From positions 1-60,488 of the forward strand of contig JAUCBJ010006657.1 in the NCBI GenBank assembly GCA_032718475.1: a stretch of DNA of 60,488 nucleotides, read 5' to 3'. Below are positions 14,058-28,000 of this stretch, piece after piece (within the stretch, counting starts at the first letter, position 1; every line of letters begins with the position of its first letter). Origin of the DNA: Nemertoderma westbladi (taxonomy: Eukaryota > Animalia > Xenacoelomorpha). Position numbers and translations under genes: made by a program. The notes under the pieces were generated by a model, which was not told the DNA's origin, did no database searches, and worked only from the letters and a program-made list of their open reading frames with translations.

Positions 14058-14886
14058 TTAAAAAGAGGCCAGTTTTTTTTTACAATATTTTGAGATTTTG
14101 ATATGGGGAGAGTTCTATGATTTTTAATTTGCTGTAATTTGGTCAATGGACGTATTTGAAGTCTCCTCATTAAGTAAGATACAAAATTTAGCTAGTAATT
14201 CCAACACTGGTTCCGACATCCTACTTCCTTCTATAAATATTTTTTAGTAGCTAGTTTTTATTACTATTTGTATACAAAATGTTCCAGAACATGTTAGCTC
14301 TTCATTTTTAAAAAAAAATATGTTCTAAAACAAATATTTGTTGTTCTAGAACCATTTTTTTGAAAAAAATCTGGATTATGTTTAAAACGCATGGAATCGT
14401 TCTAAAACGTGTTGAAAATCAATAAAAAACATTGTGAAAAAAAATATTGTTGAAAAATCTTGTTGAAAAAAAAAATTTCGAAAATTTTTTTTATTGATTT
14501 TCAACACGTTTTAGAACGATTCCATGCGTTTTAAACATAATCCAGATTTTTTTCAAAAAAATGTTCCAGAACAAAAAATATTTGTTCCAGAACATATTTT
14601 TTTTAAAAAAAATGAATAGCTAACATGTTCTGTAACATTTTCTATACAAATAGTAATGAAAACTAGCTACTAAAAAATATTTATAGAAGGAAGTAGGATG
14701 TCGGAACCAGTGTGGAAATTACTAGCTAAACCTACCTAAAACACTAGCTACCATAAAATTTAGTATCTTGCTTAATGAGGAGACTTCAATTACGTCCGTT
14801 GACCAAATTGCTGCTGATGAAAATTTATAAAACTCTTTCCATATCAAAATCTCAAAATATTGTTAAAAAAACTGGCCTCTTTTTAA
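14058..14886. repeat. ~830-bp near-perfect palindrome (foldback element)
   Basis: Left arm TTAAAAAGAGGCCAGTTTTT… pairs with right arm …AAAAAACTGGCCTCTTTTTAA; centre at ~14478 (A-run TTTCGAAAA T-run). Confidence 0.9.
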
Positions 14887-15024
14887 GGGTGCTGGACACC
14901 TCGCCGCACTGCCACTTCGCCGCAAGTCATCTCGCCGCAGATAATGTGCGGCGAGGTGTCTTGCGGCGAGGTGTCTCACTGTGAATGACATTTCGCCGCA
15001 AATTATCGGACACCTCGCCGCACT

Positions 15025-16042
15025 TAAATATTAATCATTCATTTCTATATTTACAGGAAAGCCTACTTATGGCATTGGACATTATTATAAGAAGAAATAA
15101 AATAATACGGTAAGGTTTGTTGTTCTATTATAATTACTGTATTATATTACATGTTATTATAGATACAGTAAGAGTATTTGAGTAACGTATTAAGGCCATG
15201 ATACACCACAGGAGCGGCGAGCGGCAGCGGCGGGCGGCCGCGGCGAGCGAGTTTTTAAGATTATAGTAAAATATGGTCATAGGCTATGAATGACATATAA
15301 TGAGTATTCTGATATAGAGGTCAGATCAGAATACGGTCATTGAAGTTGTTTCCATGTCATTGATTACTTTGCAGCGTTACGAGTAATTCACCAGAACGCT
15401 GTTAAGTTGACATAATGACATAACAATAACTATTTACGTACATGTACAATGCGTTCACGTAGTTTTTGTAGTGCAGTACCGGTAACTAAGTACGGAAACG
15501 TAAGTAAGGCAACATATGTAATAAGGTTAATACTGTATGTTTATGTTAAATCTTAATTACAAATGTAATGTTCTTAGTGGATTGATATACTTATATTTTT
15601 GTTGTCAGTAACTTTTTGTGTTAAGAGCAAAATTATGGTCGAATTACATTTCAAATTAATTTCCATGGCATTAATAATAATCAATAACTGAATAATATTG
15701 CATTAAATATTATAATTTTTTTTAATTTCTTACATTACCTATTTTATTTATTTGTGTGGAATTAATATCGCACTACCAAATCGCCAGGACAAATTTAAGA
15801 AATTCCAACAAATAATTATTTATTACATGAGAAAAAAGTAGAACTTTTTTTCACTATTCTCGAGGCATTTTTAATACGTTACTCAAATACTCTTACTGTA
15901 TCTATATTAATATAGTAATTATAATAGAACAACAAACCTTACTGTCTGACCGTATTATTCTATTTCTTCTTATAATATATAATGTCCAATGCCACTGCCA
16001 TAACTAGGCTTCCCTGTAAATATATAAATAAATGATAATATT
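15025..16042. repeat. ~170-bp inverted repeat pair (15025-15193 / 15871-16042) enclosing an unrelated insert
   Basis: …ATAGATACAGTAAGAGTATTTGAGTAACGTATTAA versus TTAATACGTTACTCAAATACTCTTACTGTATCTAT…. Confidence 0.8.
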
Positions 16043-16092
16043 CTTACTGACTTAGCTGATTCGAACATAATGTTCAGATGTTGCTCTGTAGT

Positions 16093-16637
16093 CCAGGCTG
16101 CAAATAAAGTGCAAAAATTGCAACGCGTTGTGCGCGTATTTGAAATAGCAGAATAGTGCGTGGTAAAAGCGCGCGGAATTGAAATAAAAGTGCGCGAAAT
16201 TATGTGAAAGACAACAAAAGCGTGCAGTAATCAGTGCAAAATATAAAAAGTCATAAAGTGCGCGGATAGGTCTGTAGGTGGATGAGGTGTAAAAAGGTTT
16301 ACATGCTGACATGCATCCATGCATGCAAAGTGAGAAAAATAATTTGCCATAAAAAGCTTCGCTCGCGTTTCTTTACGCTGTTACGTTGTCAAATTGCTCA
16401 AATGTCTAAATTTCGCTCACCTTGAGTTTTGCTCGCGTTTCTTTTCATTTTGCATTAGTTAATGAAAAAATTTTGCTCGCTTTGCTTGCGTATGTTTTTC
16501 GTTTTTTTTTTTGTTAAAATGTGGTGTGCGCGTTTTTTTCGGTGCATGTGCGGTATATTGTCCAATATTGCACGGCTGAAAAATTGTGTGCAGTCGTCAG
16601 GTCGTTGTGCGCGGTTCAGTGGTGGTTTGCAGCCTGG
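16093..16637. mobile_element. MITE with 8-bp TSD (hAT/P-like)
   Basis: TIR CCAGGCTGCAAA / TTTGCAGCCTGG; TSD TCTGTAGT at 16085-16092 and 16638-16645. Confidence 0.85.
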
Positions 16638-16749
16638 TCTGTAGTATGGCCTCTGGCTGTATGGGCCTATTCAATACCTGCAGGCCTATCAGCCTATCTA
16701 ACAGTCTAACGCTAACCTAACCAAAATACTAAATCGCACTACCCTGCTA

Positions 16750-17669
16750 CCAGGTTGGAATTCATGCATGAGCGCGCAGGTACGCTTTGTTGTTTTGAAA
16801 TCACCGCGCACCTGAAATTGGCTCGTCGCGCACCTCATCATAGGCCTATGTCATAATCCAAACAAAATCGCGCAGCTCATGTCATGCATATCTCAAAAAA
16901 TCGCACAGTTCATAAGAACAATTTTACATTCCTATTTTACAAGTTTGAGCGTTTTAAGCTTATCTTTACGTCTGTCTGTCTGTACGTTGAATCTAGGCTT
17001 ACATAATAAATGTAATTTTTGCAACATCAAAATTGTTAATATTAAAAAATATTTTTTTAATCCACTACTATGGTGGCCCATCGGGCTCACTGCAGCACTG
17101 CTTTTATAACAGAAAATATTATTTTAGATTACAAACAAAACATGTACCGGTAATTTCAAAAAAAACGAATATTGAAATAGGTACCAGTCTGCCAATAATA
17201 CTTTGTATAGGCCTACCTAACAATTAGGCTTAAACATACAGTTGGCTTATAATTAAGTCATACTTATAATACATTGTTACTTTCTGACTTTACCTGTTTA
17301 CTAACGTAACATCGGCATAGCATAGACCTAATAACAATACAACAATAGAGTAGTACTGTAGTTAAAATAAATAGACAAATTCAGCTCCGGTTGCCGGTAT
17401 TACAGTATTATGGTGAAGTGATTTGACTGTTTGAAGAATTGGAAATGAGAAACTAATGCGAGCGTAGCGAGCGAAATTTTTTTGTGTATTTTCGTGATTT
17501 CAATTAATTTGTGGTGCGCATCAGAGGCAGAGCTGCGCGCTGAGGCGCAACGCGCACCTGTCTCACACCCGAACGCGCACCTGTCTCACCCAAACGCGCA
17601 ACGCGCATCTGGTTTGCGGTCATTCGCGCAGGTACGCGTCCGAGTTTTGCAGCATGAATTCCAACCTGG
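16750..17669. mobile_element. MITE with 8-bp TSD (hAT/P-like)
   Basis: TIR CCAGGTTGGAATTCATGC / GCATGAATTCCAACCTGG; TSD CCCTGCTA at 16742-16749 and 17670-17677; subterminal CGCGCACCT repeats. Confidence 0.88.
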
Positions 17670-17704
17670 CCCTGCTACCGTTACCGAAACACATACTGAC
17701 CTGA

Positions 17705-18280
17705 CAGGGATGGCAAAGTAGGTTTTTGTAAACCTACGTTTTTGTCGATTTTGTTAAAAACCTAAAATTTGAAAAACCCAAAACTAGGTTTTTAGGTTTT
17801 TGATCACAAAAAGGAGCCAAATTGCTTGTCTTTTGCTAATTTCTGATGACAAAAATATTTTGGTTCCATGCATGAAACCCGCAGACTACAGACAGACAGA
17901 CTCTTGAGTTTCTGTTTTTAAACTAAGCCGACAATAAAACCTCACTCAGTTGTCAGTCACTGCTGGCAGCTGGACTGGACTGACTAATATTACCGTAACC
18001 CTTTCCAAAAAAAAAAATAAAATCGATTATTGTATGTAATATGCCGTATAAAATATAATCTTGAAGAAATGCGGTCCCATATAATTTATCTAACCATAAC
18101 AGATGAACTGATGGACCAATCAAGCTCCAGAGCGCCGGCCTTCATGTCAATCTAATCAATCAATATACAAAATACAGCTTGACAGAAATACTACAAAAAC
18201 CTAGCGATAACATTCAAAAACGTGCAAAAACCTAAAACCTAATTTTTGTTTTGAAAAACCTAAGGTTTTTGCCAGCCCTG
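17705..18280. mobile_element. hAT-type MITE
   Basis: TIR CAGGGATGGCAAA / TTTGCCAGCCCTG, subterminal AAAACCTA repeats, CATACTGA on both flanks (offset by 5 bp on the left). Confidence 0.7.
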
Positions 18281-20044
18281 CATACTGACCAGCTGACATA
18301 GGAAAGGAACCCAACCCTATACAAGACAACTTTACCCAGTTTCTGAGTTTATAGGCCTAGCCTACCTTTTTATAGGATATAAATTATTTTTGTCTTTTTT
18401 GGTACCGTACCGTGCCGATAATTATTTTAGGTAAATTATTGTGTTTTTGTGTTTTTGTTTGGTACCGGTAATTTTGTGTTTTTTGGGTAATTCGTAGGAC
18501 CGATCAGCCGATCTTAACTGAACTCTATCTATCCAGCTACAGAGCCATTTTATGATCGCGTGGGATGATATCTGATATCGGAGCGGATACCGTATTCTAT
18601 TTCTGTATTTATGATCAACAATCAATGACAGACAGCTGCCACATGGCTGCTGAGTAGAGGAGCGGCCTTCATCATTCATCTACTGATCGATATTGGAGGA
18701 TATGGCCCGCCCCCTGCTGCCTTGCCTCACCTCAAGCTGTCAAGTGTCAAGCGAAGAAGCAACCAACACAAAGGAATTACATAATAATGTAAACAGCGGT
18801 ACCGGTACCGGTAAGTGCTGAAGTGAGATGTTAAAAAATCTATAGTACAATAGTAGGCACTATACAGCCATTCCATCCACTCATTTTACAATGATATAAG
18901 AATAATATTTATTAGTTGTCCTTCCTAATTGGAAGCCCAGGAATGTCGCCACTAGACCATGCGGGGGCGGGCGGCTGCTTGAAAATAACAACTACCGGTA
19001 GTTGAGGTAAATTGCGGTTAGTTGCGGTTTTTAGTAGGACCGTTATTTTTTGGGGGGTTCCGGACCGGTAGGTAATAATTCAAATTCGTAAATTTGCAAT
19101 ATTTTGGGGTAAACAAAATTTCTAAAACAGGCTCAAAGGCAAGTATTTCTGTATTTTGGGGTAATTCAGTAATTGTAAACTATTTTGGGGTGATTTCAGA
19201 TTTTATACTATGTTGAGGTAATTCGTAGGACCGTCTAATTTATTATTAAACTATCAGAAGTATTTTATTTTCTGAATTTAAACGAAACTCTAACTTATTG
19301 TATTTGTTATATGCGATATTGTTGGAAAACATCAATCCAAAAAACGTCGTATTGCAGTATTTGTAAGCCTATCGTATTTCAGTATGTAAGGTTTTATTTT
19401 TTAAGATTTATTACATGTATTACGTTTTCTGAGCCGGGGGGGGGGGGGGGGGGGGGGGGTGGGGGGGAGGGGGACTGGATGCAAAACCCGCCTTGGCGAA
19501 TTAATATTCCGCCTCAATGTTAAATTCTCAATTTAGAGAAAGGAGCAGGTTACAGTGGCACGTTATTTTAACCAAAACAATAAACTAAACACAAGTTACA
19601 GTTTAATTTTTGAGAGTTATCACCTATTATTTGCGTCGAATTTCCCCTGGAAAGGGATTAATTTTTATTGAGTCCAGTTCCCCCCCCCCCCCCCCCCCCC
19701 CCTCGCCCCCTATCTGCGTTTTCTAGGGTCGTTCGAAATACCGGTACCCTAATATCGACTAATATGGGGCACTAGTGTCAAAAACTGAAATAGGGGACCC
19801 TCCTAATCTGCTAACTGATGAAACCACCTATGCTAATCCTGAAATTTAGCAGGTGATAACAATATTCCTAACTCTCGTTTATTGTTTTGGTTCCTTTCAA
19901 CTCGCCTCTGTAACCTGATCCTTTACTAACCGGGCACTAGTGACTTCAGTTTAGGTGATTTCAGGATTAGCAGGTTAGGAGGGTCCCCTATTTGACACAA
20001 GTGCCTAATATGGACTAATAATATAGGCCTACAGTTTTATACAC

Positions 20045-20330
20045 TAATAAACATTAATGCCTACAATATTGCAATGTTCTAGAATTAATATATGGAAATG
20101 ACAACCTAAAGCGAGTAAAACTGAATAATCACTGATGCCGTTCCAGAAGCAAATTAACCTGTATAATTACCGACTGACCGAGGCCCCAGGCCGAGGTTAT
20201 TATGCTAGGTTAATTTGCTGAAGGATAAGGCAGAAGTGATTACCGGTACCGGTATTACAGTTTTATGCACAGAAGGTTTTTATTTCCGTATATTAACTCT
20301 AGAACATTGCAAATTATTGTGTTTATTGTT
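20045..20330. mobile_element. Short palindromic MITE
   Basis: TTGCAATGTTCTAGAATTAATATATGGAAAT… pairs with …ATTTCCGTATATTAACTCTAGAACATTGCAA; GC-rich centre CCGAGGCCCCAGGCCGAGG. Confidence 0.7.
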
Positions 20331-21593
20331 AATTTTCGCATATTGCTACGGAAACTAGCTACAATTATTTTCGTATAATTTTAAATAAATGTTCTATAAA
20401 TGTTGTATAATACCATTTTTACCGATAATTAAACTATTTTTTAGATATTGCTTTGATACGGGATTCTAGAAAATATGTTATAGTTTATTAATACAATTTA
20501 ATGTATTATTATCCTATGGTATAGAAAATATACCGATCTTGCTACGGTTTCTTTCACATGTAGCTAATTCTCAAATCGTATCTCAGAGAAACTGCAATAT
20601 ATCCCCGTTAAGAAAAACTACCATCTCAATAAGATTGACAGAGTGGCACTTTAAATAATTCTACACGAGTATTCGTGAGAAATATAACTCTTATTAGAAA
20701 CCGCCATCACCAAAAGCCATGCTAGCATCATTAAATTAGATAGAAACAGCATGAAAAATAAAGATATCTTTTCGTTGTTTACCATCTAATTAATTTTATT
20801 AAATTTTAGTGTAGTAAAATTCAAGGAAATGCATTTAAATGCTATGTAAGGTGGGATTAAAAATCACTAGGAAAAATTGAATCTGCGTGTTATATTAGCC
20901 TGACAACAAATTGGGAGATAGTTTTTATTTCAGACATTTCACTCCCTAGCAGCAGACTGGAGAACTGAGACTGTTCGTCATCCTCAACAAAGACACTGCC
21001 TATTATGGTGTAGTACATCTCTTCCAAGTATCAGCAAAAAACATAAACAACGAAAATGGTTTTCACTTTCATTGGGAATTGCAAATTGGTCAGAGTCCTC
21101 CCCAAACACGCAGTCTATGGTGTAGCAAACCTCTCGCAAGTATCAACTTAAAAGCATTATTAATAAAGAAATGGGAGAAGGTTGTCACTTTCAGACATAG
21201 TGAAATCGTATCCTGGTTAAAACGTACCCGAACAAAAACATATCCGAATGCGAATATACTGGGTACGTTTTAACAATGATGCATTGGGTACGTTTTAGTA
21301 GTACAAAAATAAATAGTAAAAATAAACTAACCTGCGCTATTAACTCGTTTGTTGTTTTGGTTAGATTAATTCGTTACTGTATCCTGCTCGTTTCCTTTTA
21401 AATCTCCGATACTAATGATATTGATTGGTTGTATGAAGTTTTGTTAGGATGACTATAATGTATTGTGGTTCAAGTTAAAACGTATTCAAAATATGGTTAC
21501 GATATTGATCGGGTACATTTTAACCGAGGTAAGTTTTGACCTGTAACCCTTAGAACAGACTGTGTCTTCTTTTACATATACGAATATCAAAAT

Positions 21594-21800
21594 ATGCATA
21601 ATATAATGCATAATGCATAATATAATGCATAATATAATGCATAATATAATGCATAATGCATAATATAATGCATAATGCATAATATAATGCATAATATAAT
21701 GCATAATATAATGCATAATATAATGCATAATGCATAATATAATGCATAATATAATGCATAATATAATGCATAATGCATATAATATAATGCATAATGCAAA
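21594..21800. repeat. Simple satellite (ATAATGC / ATAATATAATGC)n
   Basis: Directly visible tandem 7/12-bp units; source of the spurious YALY/CIIL ORFs. Confidence 0.95.
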
Positions 21801-22094
21801 TATCACTCAAGCAAATGCATAAAACTTGCCTCTAGTTCGCAATGGTTTACGTGCTCATGATGAGAGCTTTCAATCGGTGTATAATTGGCTCCGATTGAGG
21901 CTCGTGTGTCGAAACGTAGAGCTTGGAAGGACTTACTTCCTCACTCACTCACATACAGACAAATACATATTTGTATATAATTATATATTCGATAATTTCT
22001 AGTTTAGTTGTATCAGTGCATGGCTGTAATTTAATAAAACGTTTTTTTTTTAATTTTTTTTTAGATTCCCAACCAAATGTGAAAACCTAAAGCA

Positions 22095-25000
22095 ATGTCT
22101 GATCAATTTATTGACATCTCCAGTGGCCATAATGATCTTGACATGCCAGTACAGCTTCCATATAAATGTTCTTTGTGTAGTAAAGCATTTTCATCTCTTC
22201 GTGGACTTAGTCTTCACAAACGCCGTTCGATGAAGTGTGCTACACTGTCTAATCAGACCCTGATGTCTAATCAATCTGGAGAAGCAGCTGATAGTATTGA
22301 TGAGAGACCTCTCTCTCTTAATTGTTATGTGTGTAATGCTGTATTTACCAGTGTCCGTGGACTTAATGTTCACCATCAGAGATCTGACATATGTGCAAAG
22401 GCTCAGTATAACCTGACAAAGATTAAAAAGCGGACATATTCCGAATTTAAACAGAAAGAGCAAGCAGTGGACACAGAGGCTGGGAGTAGAAAACGAACAT
22501 GTCCTCAATTTCGACTGGTTGAACAGTCTAAAGATACAGCAGCTAGACGGGAGAAACGTGTCTCATCTCCAGTTCGACTGATTGAACAGTCTAAAAATAC
22601 AGCAGCTAGACGGGAGAAACGTGTCTCATCTCCAGTTCGACTGATTGAACAGTCTAAAAATACAGCAGCTAGACGGGAGAAACGTGTCTCATCTCCAGTT
22701 CGACTGATTGAACAGTCTAAAAATACAGCAGCTAGACGGGAGAAACGTGTCTCATCTCCAGTTCGACTGATTGAACAGTCTAAAGATACAGCAGCTAGAC
22801 GGGAGAAACGTGTCTCATCTCAAGTTCGACTGATTGAACAGTCTAAAGATACAGCAGCTAGACGGGAGAAACGTGTCTCATCTCAAGTTCGACTGGTTGA
22901 ACAGTCTAAAGATACAGCAGCTAGACGGGAGAAACGTGTCTCATCTCAAGTTCGACTGGTTGAACAGTCTAAAGATACAGCAGCTAGACAGGAAAAACGT
23001 CACACATCTGAAGTTCGGCTGGTGGAACAGTCAAAAAATACTGCTTATAGACGAGAGAGACGGACCCTTTCAGTAAGACAGGATACATCCTCTGTTAATG
23101 AGCAGAACACAAATATACCACAGAGTTTCACATCTGCTGAAGAACCAGAACAAAGCTGTAGTTCTCAGGACAATGTACCTCATCAAAGGAGTAGAAGTCG
23201 CAAAAAGCCACCTGTTAAAATTCCTGTGTCTAGTTCTGATAGAGTTAAGTATTCTTCCAGGTGTGAGCTATACAAAGAACTTGAAAATGAAGTCAAGTTC
23301 TTGAAGAATACTCTCCATAATTGGGGAGTTCCAAAGTGCCACAAGGATATTGATAATGTTTTAAGTGGGATTGATTCTAAAAATGATGAAGAAGCAACTA
23401 TTTTTAAAACTGTTGTTTATCCTCCAATTAAGAAAGCATCTGAGAGAATGCAACTACCACTATGGTCCTGGGATCAAAGAGAACGTAAACATACCCAATA
23501 TTTGATTGAAACTGAACAGCTAGATGTTCAAAAAATGCGTCAACAGGATACTGAGTATGTAACGCAGGTTATGGATGATTGTGTCTTCAAATATTCATCA
23601 GGTTGGCAGCTGAAACAATGTTCTATGTGCCATGAAGTTACCATACGATTGGGGGTAGAGTTATTGAGTGGTGACTGCCTAAAATGTAAATTGGCTTCGG
23701 CGAGACGATCAAAAGCTGCTTCAAAGACATCACGCCAGGATGTTGCCCTTCAAGTAACATTATCTCCTAACGAGTTCAATAAAAGTATAGGAAAATTGCC
23801 TAAGTGTACAGCCTCAGAAAGATGTATGATTGCTAAGCAGCAAGCTTTCACAAGTGTGAAGTTTGATTTTATACGACGTCATCGTTTTGCATGCCACAGC
23901 ATTGTTGTAAGCCACAACTTGAAACAGACCATAGAAAATATGATACCACATACTGAATATGCTGATCATGTTGTTGTTGTAGCTAAAGATGTTAGTGGTG
24001 AACACATTCGCCGGATGAAAGTACGAAGTGATGTTGTTCGAATGTGGGCGCAACATCTACTAAGTAACAGATCTAGTTATAGGAAGATTATAAGCAATGA
24101 TAAGTTACTTGACAGTTTGCAAAGTGGAATTTACAACAGCCATTGTGAAAGACCATTGGGTATTGATCAGTTAACATGTGAGTCGGAGATCATCAATGAT
24201 GTACAGCACGATATGTATGCCCAGTCTGATAGTGCAGCACACCAAATGTTCCGAGTTGGCGATAACCTGAATGGTTACATTCAAACTGGCATTAGAGAAG
24301 CAGTACAAAAGCAGCTACGTGGTACTCGACATGATATAGAAATATCTGGGATGTGGAATGAAAAGGTGTCTTCTCATAACTGGAAACTACAAGAACAATT
24401 TCCAGATCTTCATGCTGACGGTCAGAAATCAATCACTGATATTCTGTTCTATGAAGATGACGATGGAAATACTCGACGCACTCATTTGGATATTCTTAAA
24501 CGAGCTCTTAGTCACCAGTTAAAGTATGCTGTTGAACAACCTGATGGATCCCATCGATGGCCATATGCAGAAGATGATGTTTATTCTTTTGTTGTATATG
24601 ATCAGTTACATCTTGTGTCTGCTTTTGATGGTATACGATTCTACCTACATAATGAAGGTGAGATAGATAATTTGAGCACAGATGAACTCCTCAAGGCGTT
24701 TAAGAATGGGCATCCTGAAACAGTTGCTCCTCTTTTAATAGCCCATTTACGAAGATACCCTCATTCAACAGAGAGGTGGAAACAGATAAGGTATGAATTG
24801 AATTCCTTGTGTATGTCAGCTGGATTTCCGAATCTATTTATCACATTCAATAATAACCTGAGAACTGATTATGGAGTGCGGCGAATTGTATATCTATCAG
24901 AATATGGCATTAACAAAATGTTTAATCCCACTTGGTTTGTAAAGAGAGACACTTGGAACAAACTATTAGATAAACATGCAGCTTTAGTTGAGCAATACCT

Positions 25001-28000
25001 ATATTTTAAGGTTGAGTTGATGTCAAGGACTTTCTTTCAGAAAGTATTAGGAGTTGATATTTCTACAGGATGGTACTGGGGTAGATCTGAATGGGGTCCA
25101 TCACGAGCTGTGCAGCACTGGCATTTCTTGGTGCGTATTGCCCAGGTACTTGAGCCAATATTGTTGGCTCACCTGGTCCACAGAGCTCGCTGTATAAAAG
25201 AGTACTGGTCTGCTGGAAAGATGGTAGAGAACTATAGGGATGAGGCTATTAGAATTCTGCGTGTCGGCCAGCTTGCTGAAACATACCTGAGAAATTTGTT
25301 TGATAGCTTAATTACAACAGACTTCATTGATACTTCTGGGAACCCAGTTAATTTGGACGAGCTACTGCGCAATCATAATCTACTTCCTGAGGAACAACAG
25401 TACAGCCCTGAGCATCATCCACTGATGCGTGATCCTGTGAATCAACCAGACCTTTGTGAACCGAAATGGTTTGATCAAGCAGTTCAGGCTGCTCTCGCTC
25501 AAGTTCACAAGTGCATTCCTGAGAATTGTGGTGGGAATCCCCAGGGAATTGGCTGTCGTCATGGTGGGATAAAGCCTCTCAGAGATTCAACTAAAGTAGG
25601 TTTCACAAAGTCCTCATCTACCATGGACTACACAGAGTGTCGGGTGCTTACAAAACGGAGCCACAAGTCATTCACTCGTCTAAATAATATAAATCCAATC
25701 TTACAGCGGTATTGGCGTGCCAACACAGATACAACTGTAATTTGTTGTGCTTTTACAGTCATCAGATATGCAGTCAAATATGCTGCGAAGTCAACATCTA
25801 GATTGTCTTGTATTGACGAGGTTGTGAGTAAATTAATGGAGCTTACAGAGAGCCAACCAGATGTGTCAATTCACAGCATTGTTCGTCGGTTGGCTATAGC
25901 ACATGCTTTCAATCCTGTTGATATGAGTAGACGGCAGCTACTTTTTCATGCTCTCCAGTTGCCTGATGTTATCAAATGCATGCCACGCATAATTTCATTG
26001 AAGTGCAGCCAAAGTGCTCCTATTCTTGCTAATGTTTCAAGAGTTTCAACTGATTCTAGCATGTTACATGTTGAGGAATGCATAGATGATATTGATAATG
26101 ATACTGATGATTTTAGTGACAACAGTGATGTGGAAGATGATAGGTTACCATCACAGACCAATGTATGTGAGAGAAGAGAGAATGTTGAAGCCAATGAAGA
26201 CATTTATAATGTTAAGAGTTTATTTATAGTTCCACCAAAATCAGCATTAAATTCTTACATTCAACGAAACAATTACTCAAATTGGCCAACTGAAAAAGTT
26301 GGTTGCATCGAAAATATTAGTTACTTTGATTATTTGTTATCGGTAAATCTTGTGTATAGAAAGGCACAACTGGAGTATATTCATCAGTCAGTCTCTCATA
26401 GATATCCACGAGTGCCTCATATTGTTCCTCAAATGGTAACTGATAGACCAGAATCTATTGTATTAGATCAAGGCACAACTTGGGGTAACCTACATCGAGA
26501 AACAAGGCAAGCTCTACAGAATCTGCGCATGGAATGCTTATCATTCATTCCATTTACATCCACTGAATTATTTATTAGTAAGGATCTTGCAGAATCCATT
26601 AAATGTGGTGAAAGTGATGTAATATGTGCCTATAAACAATTTCAAGACATATGGGTTAATAATTTGAAAGAGAGAAGTCTTCCAACCATAAATCGTATAG
26701 CAATTATCAATAATCAGTTACAACCATACAATGATCCTTGTTTTAGATTCAGGATCTTCCAGAACACATATAAATCTGAAATTGATCACAATAGACATAT
26801 CTTGTCAATTCGATCAGAATTTAATTGTGTACCCTTGGATATTGATCATAGTAGTCAAATGGACTCTGCTTCAGACAGTTTATTCGACCCAACTCTTGTT
26901 GATTTGGATGTAGAGAAAGTTTCTATTAATTTACTTCTTGCTGATGAGATTAATGTTGAGTGTTTCATTCAACCAGATCGATTATTGTCATCTTTTGTTG
27001 AGGAGACAGACAACAAATGTATTGAGTCTGTTGTATATATTAACGTTAAAGAAGCAACCTATGATTTCATGCTTAAACGTTGGAAACTCTTACGGTTATC
27101 ATCAAAGACGTTTAAGGGTGGTCCTAAGAAACCCAGGTCTGATTTGAAACAGTTAAATACACAACAACAACTTGCAGTAGACATGATGACCTTGAATACA
27201 GTAAATGGCAAACCATCAGTTAAAACATTACTACTTACTGGATTGCCAGGATCTGGTAAATCGGAGGTAATTAAACAGATACATTACCATCTTGGTGTGG
27301 AAAAGGTTTTACTTCTTGGTACCAGTGGTGTTGCTGCTGCAAATTTAAACTGTGCAACATTTGAGGGTTTTTTTGGTATTTATCAAAATAAAACTCAGTG
27401 GGACCACCATAAATTGTCAGATCGACAAACGCTGATTAAAGAACTCATTGGTGGTGTTGAAGGGGTGATTCTTGATGAAATATCAATGGCTGGTGCCAAT
27501 ACGTTGGCTCTTCTAGACTCTTCATTACGTCATGCGACTGGAAATGAACAGCTATTTGGCAGTAGAAAAGTCATGCTTGTTGGTGATTTTGCACAATTGC
27601 CGCCAGTACATTCTAAGCCTATTTGGGATAGACCAACAAACTTAGCTTCAGACAGGCCAACAAATCATCATATTCAAACATCCAGAGCAGTGGCCCAGAT
27701 TGGTTTTCAGATTTATCGAAACAATTTTCGAAAGAATGTAATTTGCCTTGATAAAGTCTACCGATACGACGATGAATTGAGTACAATTATTAACAACATT
27801 CGTAATGGTACACAAACTGAAAGAGATTACGATGAGTTGTTTAAGTCCATGAATAAACTTGGCATGGTTCCCAACCGGGCTACTCTTGGTGAGAAAGTCA
27901 TAAGCTTAATGTATGATAACCATCCACGAATGTTAAGAAATGCCATTGAATGCATGGATGAAGTATCAGAGCTAAACATTGATATATATTTATCAATTGC

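Noticed and set aside
19436-19710. Poly-G and poly-C tracts as a functional G-quadruplex pair
   Set aside because: Homopolymer tracts are common throughout this sequence and their lengths are unreliable.
21486-21810. ORFs with YALY/CIIL/MHYI repeats
   Set aside because: Translations of a simple satellite.
21820-21980. Possible terminus of the large Helitron (microsatellite CACT/CAGA + TATATA)
   Set aside because: It resembles a small non-autonomous rolling-circle element in the opposite orientation; no evidence that it is the end of the RepHel element.
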